From positions 1 through 64,000 of the forward strand of contig JBDOQK010000013.1 of the NCBI GenBank assembly GCA_040437565.1: a stretch of DNA of 64,000 bases, given 5' to 3'. The position numbers and the translations under genes are program-made. Position 1 is the first letter of the stretch, and every line of letters begins with the position of its first letter. The stretch comes from Albugo candida (Eukaryota). Below are positions 13,718-24,420 of this stretch, piece by piece. The notes under the pieces were generated by a model. It was not told the DNA's origin. It worked only from the letters and a program-made list of their open reading frames with translations, and did not search any database.

Positions 13718-16704
13718 CTTTTGGTGGTTAGGGTGAATCCCTTGCGTGGTCTATGCCCAAAGTGTCTAATTCTGACTGCTCCTTAATCCGGTATCTCAAG
13801 GCCCTCCAACTCGGCACCTTCAACGTTCGTGGATTAACCTCGAACAAAGAGCAGACATGCCTGGCGCAAGATTGCGCGCGGTACAAACTGGAGGTATGAG
13901 CTATTTAGAAAAGCAAAATATCAGGAGCTCTCGTCGACGTCAAACGGCTAAGCGATTGCGTCATAATTCTTCCTTCTCCAGCCCCCATTACGGCTTGGTA
14001 TTTATACTGCCCGACAGAGTCGCTAATTATGTGCATCGGTACTGGATGGTCAGAGATCAAATCGCCGTTGTGCAATTGCATGATTCTAACAAAATCAAGG
14101 TTAGATTCATCAGCGTCTATTGCCCGTACATGGGACGCTCAGCATAAAGTCTATAGCATTTCACGACACTTTTTCAGCAAACAATCCAGCGATTTCCCCA
14201 GCAGCTTTTCTCAGGAGGCTTAAACGCCACGATTGGGCAACAACGCGAAAGGGAGATTTTCCTGGATTATACTCTAGCAGATATAGAAATGAAGATGGCA
14301 TTCGTCTCCGAGATTTCTGTGTGGACAACGACCTCTTCCAGTCAAATACAGCTATTTACAAAAGAACACGAGCGCGCAAAATCACAACCAGGCAAGGCAT
14401 TTGCGGGCGGGATCCAATGTTCAATCAGATAGACTAAATCAAAACCACACACCCACTACGCCTCAACTCGCTTTTCGCCGATTCACAATCTTGGAGTGGG
14501 ACACTTACTGACAGTCATCGTCGGCTCACGGCCACGCAACTTCATATGCCCAGTGTTTGTAAGATACGCATGAGTATCTCCTGCACGCAACCTGCGGTAC
14601 ATTGACGCCGCCCTCATCAGTGATACAGATGTGCTCAAGTTTCTACCAGCATTCCATCTCAAACGCACTTGTCGCATCAGCCCCCCCCCCTCCTGATCAG
14701 CTTGAGTGGCCATTGGTACTTAATCGCATCAAAGCCATCGCGAATATCATCATCGATTGCTACTGCACGAACACCTCGAGTACAATGATGATATAGCTGA
14801 GCTTTCTCGCACGCGAAACGTCTCCTTGCGCTTCTTACCAGTAGGGATGAGCCTCTCGTCTACTGCTGTATCAATATCGCTGAAAATCCTTGCTTAAGGA
14901 AGGTTGGCAGACCTCTGGTCACACAGCACATTATGGATCTCGAAAAGCACAAATGCACGGAGCATAGGTACCAAATCGTCCGTCGGCTCACGTCACTACG
15001 AGGTCAGCGATATTTATATGTGACCACGATGGGCATGTCTTTGATAACTTCAGGGAATCATCACGGATTTTCTATCAGCCCAGTTTCATCAGCCTCATCT
15101 CAGTGAAAAATAATAATAATAAAATAATTAAAGATATTCATAATTCAAAGAAACCAATTAAAACTTATTAATATACTTGCTGTAGACGTCTCTGTCGGAA
15201 GATATAGCATAATCACGTGAAAGAATTCACACAAGCATTTTGGACTGTAGAAAACAACCGCACACCACTTGCACATCAAGTCCCAGCTGAATTACTGAAA
15301 TATTGTTTCCCAGTTGTTGCCGACCTCCTCGTCGAAGCTATCAATGGTCATGTTTAGAAACCCTCCCCTCCATGCGTGAAAGCATTACCCATGTGTTATC
15401 ATCACCGTTGTGAATTCTGATATACCGACGGGCAGCTATGTCAGCCTTCGACCGACCACCCTTCTCAGTACCACTCGCAAAATCGCTACTTCCAATGTGA
15501 ATCGCATCCGTGCAAAAGTGGATAAGTGGCTCTCACCTAGCCAAAGTGGTTTTTGGGTCACTCGCCTGCAGAATACAGCTGATTCGCTCTGGGTCCGCCG
15601 ATGGAACTTCACCCTAACGTGCCGCTTTCATAAGAATAGGTACATTTCATAGATTGCCCTCAGCAAGGCTTTTGACACCATATATCGACATAAATTGCCG
15701 TTCGTGTTTAATTTGATTTAAATCCAGACGAAGTCCAGATAATAAACGCGCTACTCAGGCCAACCTCCAACTCCACCTTGATATGAAGTGTTACTCCACA
15801 TTCGCAAGTAAACATGGTACACGTCAAGGAGATGCACTCTCCCCACTTTTGTTCGTGGTCTACAGGAAAGCGGTACTACGAGACCTATGCCATCTCCTTG
15901 TTTTGATGCGCGAGCGCAACACCATTTTTTTCGCCGACGATGCGGATTTCATTCACCATGATCTTACTCGTCTCGAGCAAATACTTCTTGTTGCCGAGAA
16001 AATTTTCCGGATATGGTCTATGACCATCAATGTGAGCAAAACTGAGCACTCTAATATTGCTCGCGCACCGAACGGTACCGACGAATGCTGCTGCACCGTC
16101 CGCAAGCTGTGATCACTACTGGGCGACTCCGAAGACGTCCAGCAGCAAAAATCTCACGCATCCTTACCTCCCTCCAAAACATTACGCTCCCGCTTATACA
16201 ATGTCTATGTGCTACCTACTCTGTTGTATGGGGTCTCAGACCGCGAAATTGGTAGGCTTGAAGCGTATCACCGCCGTCACCTTCGCCGCGTCCTCCATAT
16301 CAACTATCCTCAGCACATTTGTAGAAGCGTTGTGAAACATCCACCTGACGAGGTCTCGATGGAAGCTCTTTGGTCATATTCTTCGTCGCGCACAGCTTTT
16401 CGTGCTCAGTTGTACATGCTCCGATGCTATGATCCTGCAGGAAAAATGCCCGCCTATTGGGGTCGTACACCCATCTGTCTGCCAACCATTCTCGACAAGG
16501 ACCTACGGCTCGACACAGCTTACAATCTATATCTATACACACATCGTCAGTTATAGCACAAGACCGCGCCAGATGCAAGGTATTACCCAACGTCTCTGCA
16601 TTAGCCAGGAATCAACTTGCCGGTAAAGAAACAGTCAGGCGTAAGCGAAAGCTAGAGTCCGATAAAATGGAATTGATGCCGCCCCGAAAACGCTCATGAT
16701 AATA
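13718..16704 (+). mobile_element. Full-length but decayed RTE-like LINE (APE endonuclease plus RT) with TSD
   Basis: APE motifs LQLGTFNVRGL (~13805), FISVYCP, NEDGIRLRDFCVDNDL and FNQID. RT motifs LSPSQSGF, LSKAFDTI, GTRQGDALSPLLF, FFADDADF and INVSKTE. C-terminal LPTLLYG..LEAYHRRHLRRVL and LFGHILRR. Short TGATAATA tail. 11-bp TSD ATTCGTTTGTA at 13707-13717 and 16705-16715. Confidence 0.92.
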
Positions 16705-18315
16705 ATTCGTTTGTAGTGATGTTTACATATTATGCTATATTTTTAGATGCTTCTAGGCTCCTGGGAGGTTCTGTAAGCGAAATGAATACCCGCAACGTGT
16801 ATGCTTACACGTCAAAATGTATGAGGTATTGATACAGAGCGTACAACGTAAACACATTCACGCTTTTCTATCTCCGCTACCGTGATGGAATAAAGGGAGT
16901 TGGTGCATGTATCTAAGGTTGATGTTCGACTGGGCTCTTGCAAGAATAGGAGAAAAATTCGTCCGTGCACGATCCTTGTCATCAAATGAACAGTTTGCCT
17001 GTTTGCTCGATTCCTAAAACATTCCGGAGCTTTTCCTGAAAGGTGAGTTTCTTACCAAAATAATGTGCATGGGCGTGTAATGCTACATCCTTGTTGGAAG
17101 ATCATTCAGAATCTTTGTGATCATACAGGGATTACCAGACGTTTAATATTTTTGAAGCCTGGGGACTGGTTGGCGTTTACAGATGTCGCAATTTATAATT
17201 CCCTTTTTTGGATGATTGTCAAGCTGTCATATCAGCAATCTCAAGTATCCGCTCCTGTTTCATTCGTACCGTCATCACTAGTCAGGACTGGCTGTACATG
17301 CTCAACAGGTACAAAGACAAGCCCAGGCTATAATGGTTTTGATAAACACACACCTCTTTGAGGATTTAAGCCATGATCAATGTTTGCTTTGTTTTCACAG
17401 ACAGAACGATGATGTCGTCCAACATGTGGTAAGTTTGCGGCACATAACTGTAATGTGTAAGGTCATATGATTTGACCTTACACTCTACAAATTATCATCC
17501 GAATCTTCGTTTTCTTAACAAACGACGAGTTCCAATCTCTTTAGTTTGACAGGTAAGTGCTTCGTATACTCGAGGTACTAAGTGATCTCTGATGAATCAA
17601 AGCAGCATGACAATGGCTGTTTTGTACGCTTCATTGCATCGTGCATATGATTTACATTATGGAGATAAGTTGGTGTTTTACACTTAAACAGAGAAGAGGT
17701 TTCCCATTCAATCGATAGCGTCAATATGTCATATAATAATTCATCTCTGTCATTAAAAAAAAAGCACTTCCTTCGTCCTTGATCTATGCTTGTAGCCCTT
17801 CATGTAGCAAGTTGTTGTATCTCAAATGCTCAATAATTTCACGTAAATCTACCGTTATAAACTCGTAATTGATCATAATCATACTTCCATTACTTTTTCT
17901 CATTTATAAGGCGATCAATTGCATCTTTGGATGGTTACTCGATATCTGTAGTGACATACGACAATGGCGATGTCAGACAATTTTAGCAGCGTTCGAGCTT
18001 AATATAGACCCATGGCTTCTAATGTGATGTCACGAAGTTGTAACAGAGGATTCTAATACAGCACTACTGAATGAGAAAGCTGTGAATGAATCTCATATCA
18101 ATCTTAATCTTACTTCAGATCAAAACCGTCTCGATGCTAGACGCTGCTATTGTATGTCTCGCTACGTGATACGTTTTTTATTCTCCATGTTAAAAATGAA
18201 AGTTTATGTACTCACTTCTCCAGCTGTGATAAATGCTTCCTTAATGATCTCTTTGTCTGTACAAAGTAAACCACAAGTAATAGTCGAGCAGTGGGATCAC
18301 GAAATGTCCACCTTT

Positions 18316-20730
18316 GTCGATTCCAGCAAGTAAGCAGAAAGCGCAATAAAGAAAGAAACGACGTGAGTAGACCGAGTTCATCAAGACTTGCGCCAGATTC
18401 TCAGTTGATTTGATCGCCTGGTCGCCTGATCGTCGTGCATATACATTTAATTTTGAAGCTGTAGCATTCCACGCAATTGAGTGGCATTGTTGTGAGAGCC
18501 GGGAGAAGCCGACACGGAATTCGGCGTGAAATTCTTTGGATTTCTTTCGTTCCGACTCAGCATACTGTAACCTCTGCTTAGACGATCATCACCTGCGACC
18601 ACGACTAAGTCTGACCGGCAAGAGCTAATGCTGTTACACGATTGAAGTCATACGGCTCTCACGATCAGCGGCGACGAATGTGCCCTTGGGATGGCATGAG
18701 CTGATATTTAGAGGTGTATCCCCTCCATTTTGTGATCTTATATCAACTGCATGGTTTCTGGAGAAGTACTTCCGTATAACTGTTCAAATGTATCGGTGCC
18801 CCTTAGTCGACTCTGGCTCGCTCTGGCGCGATTTGGAACACATGACAATGCAACGATGGCACTGTGTAACGCATATTAGTGGTCCCTAGTGAATAGAGAC
18901 AAGTCGTGCCTCATGCTTGTGGGAGGTAACACTTGTNNNNNNNNNNNNNNNNNNNNNNNNNNNNNNNNNNNNNNNNNNNNNNNNNNNNNNNNNNNNNNNN
19001 NNNNNNNNNNNNNNNNNNNNNNNNNNNNNNNNNNNNGTCGATTCCAGCAAGTAAGCAGAAAGCGCAATAAAGAAAGAAACGACGTGAGTAGACCGAGTTC
19101 ATCAAGACTTGCGCCAGATTCTCAGTTGATTTGATCGCCTGGTCGCCTGATCGTCGTGCATATACATTTAATTTTGAAGCTGTAGCATTCCACGCAATTG
19201 AGTGGCATTGTTGTGAGAGCCGGGAGAAGCCGACACGGAATTCGGCGTGAAATTCTTTGGATTTCTTTCGTTCCGACTCAGCATACTGTAACCTCTGCTT
19301 AGACGATCATCACCTGCGACCACGACTAAGTCTGACCGGCAAGAGCTAATGCTGTTACACGATTGAAGTCATACGGCTCTCACGATCAGCGGCGACGAAT
19401 GTGCCCTTGGGATGGCATGAGCTGATATTTAGAGGTGTATCCCCTCCATTTTGTGATCTTATATCAACTGCATGGTTTCTGGAGAAGTACTTCCGTATAA
19501 CTGTTCAAATGTATCGGTGCCCCTTAGTCGACTCTGGCTCGCTCTGGCGCGATTTGGAACACATGACAATGCAACGATGGCACTGTGTAACGCATATTAG
19601 TGGTCCCTAGTGAATAGAGACAAGTCGTGCCTCATGCTTGTGGGAGGTAACACTTGTAGAATGGATGCTTTTTTAACGTGGGGGGCAATCTTTCGAACAT
19701 GTCCGGACATTGGTTATAAAGCTGTGAGCGGAAAGGGACAAGGATGGATGATGCTGACACATTTATGACCCAAAACGCATTGCAATTGCAAATGATGTAC
19801 GCGCACGCTTTAAGTATATTTCCCGGTAGGATGTCATTCTGGTCGCGAGCGAATGCACTTGAAAAGTGTCACACAGAAGAGGCAAAAGTCCGATGCAAAC
19901 ATTCAGTCCTGATTAAGCGGAGACAGCAGCTATCAGGTATCTACTTGATCAAGAAGCACGTTGTTGTCCGAACGCAGAAGTCGTGTGGTTCATGTCACTG
20001 ACAGATGGTTATGTTAAAGAAGCGCTATTGATCTCTCTCAAGCATTCAGTGCTAATCCAAACAGCGAACCGATCTGCATCGCAGCAGTAAGACTTGATTG
20101 GGAAAACGACGAGATGTAGTTGGCTAAACTACTTCTTGATAAAGCCAGCGCGCACGCACTGTACGCGCAATGTGCACGGAGTTCATGATGAGGAAAAGCT
20201 TTTGAGACAGGACATAGCAAGATATTGATGTTCCAGAATTGCATATGATAGCTGGGCAATTTTATAAGTAGATTGACCCACCTGCCTGCACTAAAGCTAA
20301 ACGAAGATATCGGAGTGGAATTCAGCAGTGTCCAAAAGCATGCGCATGTGGATTTTATGGAGCCGATTGGAGAAAACGGTGTCCGGCGAGACGAATGCAA
20401 CTTCCGTGAAATCTTCGAATCCGATCTCGTGTTGCTCGAATGCATGCTCTTGTAAGCTCCTGTTGTGAGTAGCCAAGACAAAAATTCATATTGTACGAAG
20501 CGCTCCAGAAATGTCTCTGTTGGCAGGACCATTCGAATCTTGTAACTTGTACGAAAGAGCAATCCAAATTCCTTTTTGGTTATGGTTGGGCATATTTTTC
20601 TTTATTTAAACAAAGTGCGGCATTATAGCAGATGCTTCGAAAGAATTACTAAGAAGACGCATTGAGGCTGAACCCAAATACCATGAGGACACGGATTTTC
20701 AAGCAAACCGAGCATCGACGAAATACAAAT
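18316..20730 (+). pseudogene. PRP6: Pseudogene of pre-mRNA splicing factor PRP6 (U5 snRNP 102 kDa, HAT/TPR repeats)
   Basis: Collinear fragments in different frames: LWLALARFGTHDNA (~19532; PRP6 LWLALARLETYENA), MDDADTFMTQNALQLQMMYAHALSIFPGRMSFWSRANALEK (19744; PRP6 [27 protein letters not shown]..EK) and AFSANPNSEPICIAAVRLDWENDEM*LAKLLLDKA (~20042; PRP6 AFQANPNSEEIWLAAVKLE.ENDE..RARRLLAKA). Many stops and deletions. 18316-18936 duplicates 19037-19657 across a gap. Confidence 0.85.
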
Positions 20731-20926
20731 AGCGAGCTGGTCCGTCCGTTCAGTATTTCATGTAACTTTTTGTTCTGGTAGGTCTCGACGAAAGGCGGCA
20801 CAGCAGAGAATGCATACGGTTACAGAGATAAGAAGCGTGTATTCAACGCTACGATAAAGTAAAAAAGCTTGATTGATTGCTCTTAAGAACTGGAAGCGAT
20901 CGCGAATTTGTTACCCTTTACTTCTC

Positions 20927-21466
20927 CTACTCCTTAGCATTGTAAGGTATCACTTGTTTTGTTTTCCTTGGCATCTCCCGCTCCTTCTCTTGTGCGTATT
21001 CCACAAACTTTTCCCTTATTTGTCGAAATGCTTTATTTATTGGATCTATATTACGAACTGACTGGCTGCTCCGTCTACATCGCCAATTGATAGGAAAACA
21101 ATTGGATTCTTCCTCAGACTCAGATTCTCCGTCGTTCCAAAAAGGATTTCTCTGAATACTATGTTCAGCATGATGCTCATACTTTTCGTGTTTATTATAT
21201 GGTTGAGATGCTATAGCGCCTAATGTTGGATCTGGGACATCGCGTACGTCGGCGTTCGCAGAAGATTTGCGATCGTTCTGTGATGTCAGTACACGGCTAC
21301 CACCAGGAACCTGATTCATGATATTAGAGATCGGACTGGGCTCCAAGCTTTCTCCGTTTGAAGTGGTTGTCGTGTTTCTTCTCTCTTCACCGCCTTCTCG
21401 CAGTGTTGCTCCGTGTGATGAGACCACAAGCATCAACATATTCGCAACCGATATGTAATTTTTCAT
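20927..21466 (-). CDS. Small secreted protein (179 aa), candidate effector with an RxLR-EER-like N-terminus
   Basis: Intact single-exon ORF. Signal peptide-like MKNYISVANMLMLVVSSHG/A is followed directly by ATLR-EGG-EERR. An Inr/FPR-like motif lies just upstream. Confidence 0.75.
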   Translation of the reverse strand: MKNYISVANMLMLVVSSHGATLREGGEERRNTTTTSNGESLEPSPISNIMNQVPGGSRVLTSQNDRKSSANADVRDVPDPTLGAIASQPYNKHEKYEHHAEHSIQRNPFWNDGESESEEESNCFPINWRCRRSSQSVRNIDPINKAFRQIREKFVEYAQEKEREMPRKTKQVIPYNAKE

Positions 21467-21492
21467 AGCAGTGAGCTTTGTTGCAGGTTACC

Positions 21493-21508
21493 TAATTGAG
21501 AAATGAGA
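21493..21508 (-). promoter_or_regulatory. Oomycete Inr+FPR-like core promoter of the secreted-protein gene
   Basis: The minus strand reads TCTCATTTCTCAATTA, close to the oomycete GCTCATTYYNCAWTTT consensus, ~27-42 nt upstream of the ATG at 21466. Confidence 0.55.
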
Positions 21509-22006
21509 CTGGCTGACGTAAACGCGAAATGAAGAATGCAAGCACGTCAGAATGCTAGAGTTGAATATCGATTTGGATTTTATGTGAGATACGTGACCGG
21601 CATGAATTTTTTCTGGTTCCAAGTGATCAATATTTGTGATCCCATCGCGTTTGTCAACTTTAACGTTTCTATAGTGACAAACATATCGATTTAGAAAGTC
21701 TTTCGTCAAATTGCGACAACACGCAGTTAGAAACCAGATAAAATATCTTGATTATAAAGGTTGTCACTCAACCATGTGCTACTTTGTCCAAAGACTTGAT
21801 TTTGAACCAAATATCTAACAACTCTGCACTCAATGTCAAATTTTCTCACGATTTAAGGGAGCTTCCACCTATCGATATACAGCTAGTTGCTAGTTATTTT
21901 TTTACGCGCACGTAATTGCGAAAATGGACGCCTTTTTGAGCATGCAAGAAGATAAGGATGAACTCGTAAGCTTAGTAGGTAAAGGTTACTATAGATGCTT
22001 CGATTC

Positions 22007-22868
22007 GATACATGAGCTGGAGAGCTCACACGACGGACTTGATCAGATATCATTCTACTCGACTACAGCTCGTGCAAATGGATGAAATTCTTTGCGTTTC
22101 TCATGATGTGCACGGACAGAACTAAGCTACAAATAGTACATTGCGNNNNNNNNNNNNNNNNNNNNNNNNNNNNNNNNNNNNNNNNNNNNNNNNNNNNNNN
22201 NNNNNNNNNNNNNNNNNNNNNNNNNNNNNNNNNNNNNNNNNNNNNTGAGCTGGAGAGCTCACACGACGGACTTGATCAGATATCATTCTACTCGACTACA
22301 GCTCGTGCAAACGGATGAAATTCTTTGCGTTTCTCATGATGTGCACGGACAGAACTAAGCTACAAATAGTACATTGCGCAAGTCCGGATAGATACTGTCT
22401 CGCATATTCATATTAGAAGACCTCTTAAACGGCTGTGCATCATGATGCCTACCAACATTTCACTCATGTCAAATCCAAAATCAGTATCCGGACTTGCGCA
22501 ATGTACTATTTGTAGCTTAGTTCTGTCCGTGCACATCATGAGAAACGCAAAGAATTTCATCCGTTTGCACGAGCTGTAGTCGAGTAGAATGATATCTGAT
22601 CAAGTCCGTCGTGTGAGCTCTCCAGCTCANNNNNNNNNNNNNNNNNNNNNNNNNNNNNNNNNNNNNNNNNNNNNNNNNNNNNNNNNNNNNNNNNNNNNNN
22701 NNNNNNNNNNNNNNNNNNNNNNNNNNNNNCGCAATGTACTATTTGTAGCTTAGTTCTGTCCGTGCACATCATGAGAAACGCAAAGAATTTCATCCGTTTG
22801 CACGAGCTGTAGTCGAGTAGAATGATATCTGATCAAGTCCGTCGTGTGAGCTCTCCAGCTCATGTATC
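22007..22868. repeat. Long inverted repeat (arms ~150 bp after collapsing gap duplications, loop ~84 bp)
   Basis: 22246-22397 and 22482-22629 are reverse complements (one GATA indel) within a single ungapped segment. Outer ends GATACATG (22007) and CATGTATC (22868). The extra arm copies across the two N gaps are assembly overlaps. Confidence 0.85.
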
Positions 22869-24420
22869 CCTGGCATCAACAAATTTCAACAATGGATCAA
22901 CAGTCTCGTCTACAAGCTCGTATGGCGCACTTGTCGAGGGCATGACTAATATGCGTCCAATATTTTTGTATTTCTGTCGTTTGGTTCGGGATTTTGCCGA
23001 TCGCTTTGCAAACCATTATCCATTCCTTGATTGAGTTTTGAATTTTATCCTACGTTACACACGTTTGCAATTTGATCCTCTCTATCGTCAGCCAATGCGA
23101 TTGCCATCTGCTCTAGACTCGTCAATTCGCATCAAAATAAAACATTAGGTTATCCGTTGATTCCCACGCGATGTTCCGTAGTATTCTTGTCCAGTCCGAG
23201 CTGACCCGGTTTATAATTTGGTCTACTGCTATATATCGGCCTTATTTTAATCATTTCGTGCTCATACGTCCTTCTTTATGAACATATCTGAGCCATCTAT
23301 ATATTGTAACAATCCCCAGCAATGCTTAACTGTGAGTAATGCACTTCGTTGAGCTTAATTGTAGGAAATTTCATCCATTGCTTTTGATACCTATTATAAC
23401 TAATAGACACCGAACGAATTTCGGCGCATGTTGTTCACTAATTTGTTTCCTTGATTTCATTCATCGGTGTGCACGCCACTTACTACATGCATGGATTTCT
23501 TTGTTATATCTCAGCTACGATCAAGAAGCCTCCATATTTCCATGTAGCATGCCTGCTATCGTTGCAACTTGATCTTGGAGATGCTCCAAGGACTCTCGTG
23601 CATTTGCAAGCTCAGGCCAACCAATTGGGGCATATTTGATTCCATTGCAAAGCTTCACCACTTACATCAATACTCAAAAGTAATTAGTTCCTCGATCAGA
23701 CGGTCTAAAAGCCTCCATTCAGCTCTGGGTCTAAGGTTTAGAGCATAGAGTGATATTGTTCTGATTCAAGATCGAAAAAAACGCAGACCAAACATGATTC
23801 AATTCCGCCTGGGCTATATTCAAGCGTCATGGATGGACTAGCTTGTTAGGCTCAATCCCTCTGTAAAAATACTTAGAAAGGTCCCTCAGTGTCGCAAATT
23901 GGGTAATTCAGCATGAGAACATGATCTACATTTTTGGCAGCGATTATGAAGTCAAACAGCAAACTTGGAACAACAGAGTATAGACATACAAATCGTAAAC
24001 TATGATTCCATTAGATTTGGCATTCGCTGCGAGTATGGCAAACATAATCTTTTGTTTTTGCTCAGATAATTTCAAATGGTGTGCGAGCTTCGAGCGCTAC
24101 ATCGTTTCCACGAAAGCTTCTGTTGGATTCCGATAAAATAGTTTACAACCTTGGATATCGTTCATGGAAAAACTCACGGAATCAATACTGCCAGAGGTAC
24201 ATTGAACATTTGACGTCGACGTAATTGGCGGTAGTCGTTCAATGCGACCAGCAGCTTTCACTTCATCGCACCATTATTCACTTCAATCAATTCCATGAGC
24301 TGCTAGTTTTACATGAGCAAGTGGTGACGATGTACTACAAAGCTCTGTTGCATCCTAGAAGTGTCCAGTATATGCATCCCTCTATAACCAGATTCATGTT
24401 TACTTATTCCTTCGAGGCAA

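Noticed and set aside
18316-19657. ~620-bp direct repeat giving twin 69-aa ORFs (18680 and 19401), resembling an LTR pair
   Set aside because: The copies abut a 100-N gap and look identical; assembly overlap within the PRP6 pseudogene.
20038-20562. 174-aa minus-strand ORF
   Set aside because: Antisense to recognisable PRP6 remnants, non-ATG start, no recognisable domain.
22013-22865. Four-copy repeat array and the mirror-image 78-aa ORFs, possibly CRISPR-like
   Set aside because: Two of the four copies are gap overlaps and the ORFs are read through Ns. There is no repeat-spacer structure and no cas gene; only the inverted pair is retained.
22870-24400. Short ORFs between the hairpin and the RPTOR stop
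   Set aside because: All frames are interrupted and no family motif was recognisable.
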